NCBI GenBank assembly: GCA_030141605.1
Contig: JAQGDQ010000394.1
Span: 152,241-216,240, forward strand
Direction: 5' to 3'
DNA from: Tubiluchus corallicola
Lineage: Eukaryota > Animalia > Priapulida
Length of the DNA stretch: 64,000 bases
Of the stretch, positions 46,787 through 64,000 are shown one piece after another. The notes under the pieces were generated by a model. The model had not been told where the DNA came from. It did no database searches and saw only the letters and a program-made list of their open reading frames with translations. The stretch's first letter is position 1. Each line of letters opens with the position of its first letter. Made by a program: the position numbers and the translations under genes.

Positions 46787-47220
46787 TAAAAAATGATATG
46801 CTTTTTTACCTGTTTGTTTCCTTTAGAGCACGTGAAATTTTAATAAAAAATCAGAAATTCTCCAAGTCTGGGATTATAAACGTCTTTAAACTAACATAAT
46901 TCAAGCTCAGAATGCCACCATCTTGGAAACATTAATAGATGTTTTAAAATTTGAACTTTAACATTTGATTATTTACTTAATAATAATCATTAGCAGTTTA
47001 GTTCTTGTAATGAAGCCCGCATAACATGCTGAAAACAGACTTTCTTGCCTGTATTAATGGCATCAGATAGCCATGATCCTTGATATAACCTAATTTATAG
47101 ATATTATAAGTTTGAGAAACAATAACGCCATAGAGTTTAATTACGAAATTGTTAAAACATTCACTTATATAAACTACAAGCATTCATAAAGTTAAAGTTT
47201 AAAGTTAAATATTGGCCAAT

Positions 47221-48383
47221 CAAGTACAGGTACAGTAGATACTGCAGGTCTGGTGGTGTTTCTTGTCCTTAGAGGCCGATCAAGCACTGGTACAGTAGAT
47301 ACTGCAGGTCTCTGGTGGTGTTTCTTGTCTTTAGAGGCCAATCAAGCACTGGTACAATAGATACTGCAGGTCTCTGGTGGTGTTTCTTGTCTTTAGAGGC
47401 TGATCAAGCACTGGTACAGTAGATACTGCAAGTCTCTTGTGGTGTTTCTTGTCTTTAGAGGCACATCTAGCACAGGTGTAATAGATACTGCAGGTCTCTG
47501 GTGGTGTTTCTTGTCTTTAGAGGCCCATCTAGCGTAGGTATAGTAGATACTGCAGGTCTCTGGTGGTGTTTCTTGTCTTTAGAGGCCGATCAAGCACTGG
47601 TACAGTAGATACTGCAAGTCTCTGGTGGTGTTTCTTGTCTTTAGAGGCCCATCTAGCACAGGTATAGCAGATACAGCGGGTCTCTGGTGGTGTTTCTTGT
47701 CTTTAGAGGCCCATCTAGTGCAGGTATAGTAGATACTGCAGGTCTCTGGTGGTGTTTCTTGTCTTTAGAGGCCCATCTAGTGCAGGTACAGTAGATACTG
47801 CAGGTCTCTGGTGGTGTTTCTTGTCTTTAGAGGCCCATCTAGTGCAGGTACAGTAGATACTGCAGGTCTCGGGTGGTGTTTCTTGTCTTTAGAGGCCCAT
47901 CTAGCACAGGTATAGTAGATACAGCGGGTCTCTGGTGGTGTTTCTTGTCTTTAGAGGCCCATCTAGTGCAGGTATAGTAGATACTGCAGGTCTCTGGTGG
48001 TGTTTCTTGTCTTTAGAGGCGCATCAAGCACTGGTACAGTAGATACAGCGGGTCTCTGGTGGTGTTTCTTGTCTTTAGAGGCCCATCTAGTGCAGGTATA
48101 GTAGATACTGCAGGTCTCTAGTGGTGTTTCTTGTCTTTAGAGGCGCATCAAGCACTGGTACAGTAGATACTGCAGGTCTCTGGTGGTGTTTCTTGTCTTT
48201 AGAGGCGCATCAAGCACTGGTACAGTAGATACTGCAGGTCTCTGGTGGTGTTCCTTGTCTTTAGAGGCCCATCTAGCGCAGGTATAGTACATACTGCAGG
48301 TCTCTGGTGGTGTTTCTTGTCTTTAGAGGCGCATCAAGCACTGGTACAGTAGATACTGCAAGTCTCTGACAGTGCTTCTTGTC
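47221..48383. repeat. 62-bp tandem array, ~19 copies
   Basis: CAAGCACTGGTACAGTAGATACTGCAGGTCTCTGGTGGTGTTTCTTGTCTTTAGAGGCGCAT with a variable segment. Confidence 0.96.
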
Positions 48384-49478
48384 CCATGTCTGTACATTTT
48401 GTACAAGCTTTCACAATGTTAACAACACTGGCAGTTTGTATTTGTGAACACAACTAAAATTGAACACTACCAGAACTTTTAAATATCAAAAATTAAACTG
48501 CTATGAAAGATGCAAACATAAAAAAAACATAACAACTGAACCACGACAGCTATGACACCAACTATTTTTATAAATTACTCAATAAACAGTAAACAAAGAT
48601 AAAGTGAATAATTTATAAGTACGATATACGAATGCTTATTGATTACAAATCGAACAAGAAAATAATGCTTTGTGTTCACTAATCACAGGGTGAGATCAAC
48701 TAAGATTTAGTTATGAATACATACAATTTTCTTAGCTTGATTTCCAAGTTACATGTTTCAGCAAGACAGAGAGCAGACGTTTATATTACTATGTTTCTTT
48801 TCATGACCACCAATTTCCCATTCAGAATTCAATACTACACTTATAAAAAATAGCCCTGCAGCAAGCCCATATACACTGTGAAGAGCCTTTCCTCTAATGA
48901 CTGACAGACCTTAACAATGCAAAGCAATACAATACATCCACAAAAATGAAGGCCTTTTGATCAGTACAACTGCACAATGTACTTAATGTGTTACGTACTG
49001 TTTTGACATTTTCATATAATATCCAAGCAGCATCTGTAAAAGCAGTACAACTGCATGATATTATCCTTACATCAATACAAACTGATAAAAACTAACCTCA
49101 CCAGTAAATTTAACCCACAACAGCCTTCAGTAGATCTTTTCTCAGCAGCTCTTTCTTTGCAGTACAATATGTTTCTCCAGCGGGTTCTAGGAGTTCGGTG
49201 TTTCATCATAATTCATTCATTAGCACTCATCTAAGAATATCTTGAAATACTTTCCTTTAATACTTTGATTTTTAATCACAGACACATGTTGACATGAAAC
49301 CCTTCAATGAACTATAGTGTTTGGGCCATACAAATTTTCATTGGATCACCTGAGTCATTTTCTTCACTCTTTCCTCTTTCTCACTCTCAGCTACTAAGTT
49401 CATCAAATTTTCTTTCCATATGAACTGCAAAGGCATGCTGGCTTTGTTTATTAAGCAAACTTTCAATCCAAACTTGCA

Positions 49479-57748
<8,270 letters not shown>

Positions 57749-57889
57749 CTGAAACATGAAAGAATAGCATGTTGTTTGTGATTTTCTTCAGTAAGACTAC
57801 CCTAATTTCTAAATTTAGTACAATCTATCTCACAAATGTGTAAAAAATAGACTGTTATGATGTTGTGTAACTTTCTTAGTTGACTTGCC

Positions 57890-58264
57890 CAGGGATGGTT
57901 TATTCTCCTTTAGGCTAGTATAGACTGCAGCCTAGAGCCCCCCGAGCTTGGAGAGGCCTCAAGCTTTGGTAACATTAATTTGGTAACAAAGTAAGTTTCT
58001 CCACTACGGTTATGTTGAAATATGTGCTAACTTGGTTTGCAATAGTAAAAAATAGTAGTATTTTTTAAAGATTGTTTTGTTCACAAACAAAAGCTAGCTA
58101 TTCTAGTTTACTTAACGAATTTGTCAAAAGTTTTCTTTAAGCTGCATAAATGTCGCTAAAATATATCACTTTAAGACGGTTGAGCTAAACTAAAGGGTGG
58201 CTCTGTTTCAGGGGGTCCACAATTTCATTAGTCTAGGGGCGTCTGGAATAATAATCCGGCCCTG
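57890..58264. mobile_element. MITE-like element with CAGGG...CCCTG ends
   Basis: CAGGGATGGTTTA versus TAATCCGGCCCTG; subterminal GCCTAG/GTCTAGGGGC motifs. Confidence 0.5.
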
Positions 58265-59004
58265 GAATATTAATTTAACACATAGTAAAACATCTCGAAA
58301 TCAAGTTCCGGACAGAGAACAAATATGAAAGGGCAAACAGTAGCTACAGCTTCCGTCAATACTAATAATTCTTCTTCTTTTTTGTTCTCCGTACACGAAC
58401 AGACGCATAAATGGTGTGAGAGGGAGAAGTAAGGAGAGAAAGATAAATGGTCGACTGGCCTCAGTCGATAAAAAAACAAAATTTCAGACAAAGATAGACG
58501 AAAAAAAATTGTGCCAGTTAAATTGGATGTGGCAGATAATGTAGAGTCCGTCACATTTAACGAGATGAAGTAAATCTGTGTAGGATAACGGTATTACCTG
58601 CTGAAATAAATAATATATGACATCGATTGTTGATACAGCAGAAAATTTCTAACCCTAAATGCGAAATACGAACGAAAAACTTAGAATTTTTAAAAGAACA
58701 AAAAACTGAAAGTTTTTCATAAGACACTTAATATTTAATGATTTTATACAACATTGAAATTACAAAAATGTGATAATTAATATCATAAGAACGAGTTCAA
58801 CTGCTGCAAAACTTTTATAGTTCTCAAAACATATTTATAGTGAGGTATGTATATATACACCGTCCGGGTTTTATTTACTCAAATTTTAGGTCACGTGACC
58901 TAGACTGTTTTTTATACAAAATACTAAACATATATAGTATTTATAAAATATTAATGCAAATATAAGGTAAATTATTGAAAAAATTTAAATTTGGCCGACA
59001 TTAC

Positions 59005-59062
59005 CTCACTATACAATATTTACGATCAGTGCTCGGTTGAGTATAGGTGTAACAGGTGAGTT
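59005..59062 (-). other. Candidate upstream RTK exon (LTCYTYTQPSTDRKYCIV), coding or 5' UTR
   Basis: GTGTTTAG acceptor and overlapping donors GTGAGG/GTAATG; I could not chain it cleanly to the TM exon. Confidence 0.3.
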
Positions 59063-59239
59063 CTAAACACAGAATACAAGAGAATTTACGGAATAATTTT
59101 TAACTAGCAAAGGCCCCGCAAAAAAATTTGTGTATAAATACACTTATAATCAAAAATACGCGAACATCCTACATAGTCCTCATTTATAAAGCAAAGCCTG
59201 CAGCAGCTTTTACTGAATAATAGTTATAAGGTTATAGGC

Positions 59240-59700
59240 AGAGTAGAATGGATGACGTCAGAACAATGGCTTTGCGTCAGCAGTTTTTCCAGCGAAAATT
59301 GCCGAAAATGGAACATCTAATTAACTCGTCGGCACTCCTTTTGCTGGAGGTGTACTAAAATATAGCCCACATTATCGTGTAGCCCTGTTCTACCTCTTTC
59401 TAAAGAGCCATGCATTTCCTTTCGAGAGTCCCACCAGGCGTCGCTATAACGTTTCTTCCGCAGGCTGTTTGGTCTTGCTGTGTAGGAATGTTTGACTTAG
59501 CAAAATCATCGAAATCACGATGACGTAACAAACACGGTGCTGCTGACGTCTATTTTAGAAAAAGTGGATCGTAGGTGATGTTGGTTTCTTAATTGTTACA
59601 ACTTGCAGAAGATGAGAAACTTCGGGTTGCGACGATTAACGTTTAGGGAAAGTATAGGGTAAGCTGTGATCGAAATCCAATCCTGACGTATCTATAGACC
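59240..59700. promoter_or_regulatory. CRE/ATF-like site cluster upstream of the RTK exons
   Basis: TGACGTCA at 59253, TGACGTAA at 59521, TGACGTC at 59544, TGACGTA at 59684 in a locally CpG-richer stretch. Confidence 0.35.
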
Positions 59701-59754
59701 CTAACATTGCAAACCAAAGTAAATGCAATTGGCTGCATCAACTTTGTAGCCATA

Positions 59755-60830
59755 GAGGCTGTTGTACAAACTAGTCTGTCTTATTATAAAACTAGACTAC
59801 CTTATTGTAGAAGCTAGTCTACGTTGTTGTACAAAGTAGGCTGTGTTGTTGTAAAACTACACTACCTTACTGTACAAACTGTTCACCTTATTGTATAAGA
59901 TAGTCATTATTGTTATGCAAACTCGTGTGTCTTTTTTATAAAACTAGTTTACCTTATTGTAGAAGCTGGTCTACTTTGTTGTACAAGCTAGTGTACATTG
60001 ATGTACAAACTAGTGTACATTGATGTACAAACTAGTGTACATTGCTGTACAAACCAGTCTACATTGCTGTACAAGCTAGTGTACATTGCTGTACAAGCTA
60101 GTGTACATTGCTGTACAAGCTAATGTACATTTCTGTACAAGCTAGTCTACATTGCTGTACAAACTAGTGTACATTGCTGTACAAACCAGTCTACATTGCA
60201 GTACAAGCTAGTGTACATTGCTGTACAAGCTAGTCTACATTGCTGTACAAACTAGTGTACATTGCTGTACAAACCAGTCTACATTGCTGTACAAGCTAGT
60301 GTACATTGCTGTACAAACTAGTCTACATTGCTGTACAAGCTAGTGTACATTGCTGTACAAGCTAGTGTACATTGTTGTACAAACCAGTCTACATTGCTGT
60401 ACAAGCTAGTCTACGTTGCTGTACAAGCTAGTGTACATTGCTGTACAAACCAGTCTGCATTGCTGTACAAGCTAGTGTACATTGCTGTACAAACTAGTCT
60501 ACATTGCTGTACAAGCTAGTGTACATTGCTGTACAAGCTAGTGTACATTGCTGTACAAACTAGTGTACATTGCTGTACAAACCAGTCTGCATTGCTGTAC
60601 AAGCTAGTCTACATTGCTGTACAAACTAGCGTACATTGCTGTACAAACCAGTCTACATTGCTGTACAAGCTAGCGTACATTGCTGTACAAGCTAGTGTAC
60701 ATTGCTGTACAAACCAGTCTACATTGCTGTACAAGCTAGTGTACATTGCTGTACAAGCTAGTGTACATTGTTGTACAAATCAGTCTACATTGCTGTATAG
60801 ACTAATCTATCTTGTTGTAGAAGCTAGTCT
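59755..60830. repeat. 22-bp minisatellite (TACATTGCTGTACAAGCTAGTG), left arm of the palindrome
   Basis: Period 22; degenerate copies at both edges. Confidence 0.95.
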
Positions 60831-61989
60831 ATTTTATTGTAAAAGCTAACCTATGATCTTTCTCTGCTGATGTTGGTGTAAAGTCAGTTGTAAATAATCT
60901 CTGTCAGCTAAACTTCAGCTAGTCAAGCAGTAGTCGTTCACTCTGTTCAGTATATCATACGCACCCCTTATCAACTGAAGGCTCAGATGCACATCATGAA
61001 GTGTTTTTCTTCTTCAACATTGGCTTCATTACAAATACTTGGTCAAGCAAAGATCCCCTGGGGTATCTTCCTAAATTATGAGCCTAATGTCGCACGGAAG
61101 CATGAAAATTTGAAAACTGTTATTTGCTCGATTTGAGAAGAATCACGTAATCATACTGTGTAATTTAGACATGAAAATGTTAGTTTTGTCTTCCCTGAGA
61201 AAAAACGCGAACAAAAGAAGAAGCCCCAAAATTCTCAAATGAAAAGATGAAAAGTTGTTGTGATTATAAAAAAGCGGGGCTGCACTAACGCTGATGTTTA
61301 GGCCAGTTCAAAACTGCTGAAGGGTCTAGGATAAAACCTAATTTAACTTGTCATTAAGTATTACTGCTAGCTAATAAGTCATGATGTATCTATGTGAAGG
61401 CGGCTATTTAATTACAGCCTTTGTCCCCCAATTCTATAATCTGTTGTAGCTATGACTTAAAATAGAAAACAAACAATAGTCATTGGCATAATAATGCGTG
61501 AGTCGAATTTAGTATCTTTGGAAACTTTAAGGAAGCAAAGTTAATACAAGGACAATGCTCTGATCTTACGAGTCTACTGTGTCATCTGTTATCATGTACT
61601 GCTGCGTTGCGTGGAACCAGAATGCTATTAATGATGATATGTATCTTTTAAATAAAATTATTGATATTGTTGGTAAGTTCTTATACATAAGTAACACAAT
61701 AGGCCATCAATACCAACACCTATAAGCTGGAAGATCAAAAGTCAATGTGCATTGTAAATTATCTATTCCGCCCTATTACATCAAATTTTGATGAAATTAA
61801 AATCTGGCAGGAATGAAATCCTAATCTGTAAAATTAATAGTTTCTTAATCCTTTTATTCTAAGCTCAAAAAGTCAATTTATTGCTGACTTGAAGCGACAA
61901 CCAGTTTCCTATAGTAACTGTGATGAGCGTCATTTAATTTTAAGTTTTTGGTTTGGCGACTGTTTCACTCATTTTATAATTATGTTTGT

Positions 61990-62410
61990 TCACATGTTGT
62001 TGTCCCGTATGTTGATAGATGTGTACATGTTGTTGTCTCGTATGTTTATAGATGTGTACATGTTGTTGTCTCGTATGTTTATAGATGTGTACATGTTGTT
62101 GTCTCGTATGTTTATAGATGTGTACATGTTGTTGTCTCGTATGTTTATAGATGTGTACATGTTGTTGTCTCATATGTTTATAGATGTGCACATGTTGTTG
62201 TCCCGTATGTTTATAGATGTGCACATGCCATAGATCTTCGTATAAGATGTGTACATAAATTCACAATAGATGTGCACATCTATAAACATACTGGGACAAC
62301 AACATGTGCACATCTATAAACATATGAGACAACAACATGTGCACATCTATAAACATACGAGACAACAACATGTGAACATCTATAAACATACGAGACAACA
62401 ACATGTGAAC
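61990..62410. repeat. 33-bp tandem repeats at the palindrome centre (7 forward, 4 reverse copies)
   Basis: Unit ACATGTTGTTGTCTCGTATGTTTATAGATGTGT; 11-aa periodicity in the ORF track. Confidence 0.93.
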
Positions 62411-63554
62411 AAATATAATTATAAAATGAGTGAAACAGTCGCCAAACCAAAAACTTAAAATTAAATGACGCTTATCACAGATACTATAAGAAACTGGTTG
62501 TCCCTTCAAGTCAGCAATAAATCGACTTTTTGAGCTTAGAATAAAAGGATTAAGAAACTATTAATTTTACAGATTAGGATTTTATTCTTACCAGATTTTA
62601 ATTTTATTAAAATTTGATGCAGTAGGGCGGAATAGATAATTTACAATGCACATTGACTTTTGATCTTCCAGCTTATAGGTGTTGGTATTGATGGCCTATT
62701 GTGTTACTTATGTATAAGAACTTGCCAACAATATGAATAATTTTATTTAAAAGATACATTGGTTCCACGCAACGCAGCAGTACATGATAACAGATGACAC
62801 AGTAGACTCGTAAGATCAGAGCATTGTCCTTGTATTAACTTTGCCTACTCAAAGTTTCCAAAGATACTAAATTCGACTCACGCATTATTATGCCAATGAC
62901 TATTGTTTGTTTTCTATTTTAAATCATAGCTACAACAGAGTATAGAATTGGGGGACAAAGGCTGTAATTAAATAGCCGCCTTCACATAGATACATCATGA
63001 CTTATTAGCCAGCAATAATACTTAATGACAAGTTAAATTAGGTTTTATCCTAGACCCTTCAGCAGTTTTTTTGTACTGGCCTAAACATCAGCGTTAGTGC
63101 AGCCCCGTTTTTTTTTATAATCACAACAACTTTTCATCTTTTCATTTGAGAATTTTGGGGCTTCTTCTTTTGTTCGCATTTTTTCTCCGGGAAGACAAAA
63201 CTAACATTTTCATGTCTGAATTACACAGTATGATTACGTGATTCTTCTCAAATCGAGCAAATAACAGTTTTCAAATTTTCATGCTTCCGTGCGACATTAG
63301 GCTCATAATTTAGGAACATACCCCAGGGAATCTTTGCTTGACCAAGTATTTGTAATGAAGCCAATGTTGAAGAAGAAAAACACTTCATCATGTGCATCTG
63401 AGCCTTCAGTTGATAAGGGGTGCGTATGATATACTGAACAGAATGAACGACTACTGCTTGACTAGCTGAAGTTTAGCTGACAGAGATTATTTACAACTGA
63501 CTTTACACCAACATCAGCAGAGAAAGATCATAGGTTAGCTTTTACAATAAAATA

Positions 63555-64000
63555 GACTAGCTTCTACAACAAGATAGATTAGTCTATACAGCAATGTAGT
63601 CTAGTTTGTACAGCAATGTATGCTAGCTTGTACAGCAATGTACACTAGCTTGTACAGCAATGTAGACTGGTTTGTACAGCAATGTACACTAGTTTGTACA
63701 GCAATGTACACTAGCTTGTACAGCAATGTACACTAGCTTGTACAGCAATGTACACTAGTTTGTACAGCAATGTAGACTAGCTTGTACAGCAATGTACACT
63801 AGCTTGTACAGCAATGCAGACTGGTTTGTACAGCAATGTACACTAGTTTGTACAGCAATGTAGACTAGCTTGTACAGCAATGTAGACTGGTTTGTACAGT
63901 AATGTACACTAGTTTGTACAGCAATGTAGACTAGCTTGTACAGCAATGTACACTAGCTTGTACAGCAATGTAGACTGGTTTGTACAGCAATGTACACTAG
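63555..64000. repeat. 22-bp minisatellite, inverted copy in the right arm
   Basis: CACTAGCTTGTACAGCAATGTA units to the window end. Confidence 0.95.

Larger units (their letters stand above)
60390..64000. repeat. Long near-perfect palindrome (foldback), centre ~62227-62269, right arm truncated by the window end
   Basis: 60790-62226 is the reverse complement of 62270-63600 with scattered substitutions and a ~19-bp indel; the flanking 22-bp arrays are mirrored too. Confidence 0.95.

Noticed and set aside
61570-61690. Possible RTK signal-peptide exon in the palindrome left arm (MYKNLPTISIILF...)
   Set aside because: Weakly hydrophobic, and its phase-2 donor did not match any downstream candidate exon I found.
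60328-63946. Repetitive ORFs (LYKLVYIAVQ..., MLLSRMFIDVY..., QQHVHIYKHTR...)
   Set aside because: Translations of the 22-bp and 33-bp arrays; no transposase or other domain.

Overview
AT-rich, intron-rich eukaryotic (invertebrate-like) genomic DNA; the species cannot be identified from the sequence. I read three spliced protein-coding genes by hand. (1) A complete 20-exon CTTNBP2 (cortactin-binding protein 2) orthologue on the minus strand, 38766 down to 914, about 1460 aa: coiled coil, Pro-rich region, ankyrin repeats and a P-loop domain, with all introns GT-AG and phase-consistent. (2) A head-to-head HYLS1-like centriole gene on the plus strand, 40817-44051. (3) An FGFR/RET-class receptor tyrosine kinase on the minus strand, from the TM exon at 57748 to the stop at 49479; its ectodomain is unresolved. 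Introns and intergenic DNA carry many unrelated minisatellites, several MITE-like elements and a tRNA-headed SINE. The most unusual structures are: a CTTNBP2 intron built from 38 stacked 50-nt repeat units with CAG|GTYAGT at 34 of the 38 junctions; a five-fold duplicated splice donor in the next intron; a 56-bp inverted repeat bracketing CTTNBP2 exon 1 and the putative shared promoter; and a foldback palindrome of at least 3.6 kb centred near 62250 that runs off the window end. No database searches were run; family assignments rest on recalled motifs.
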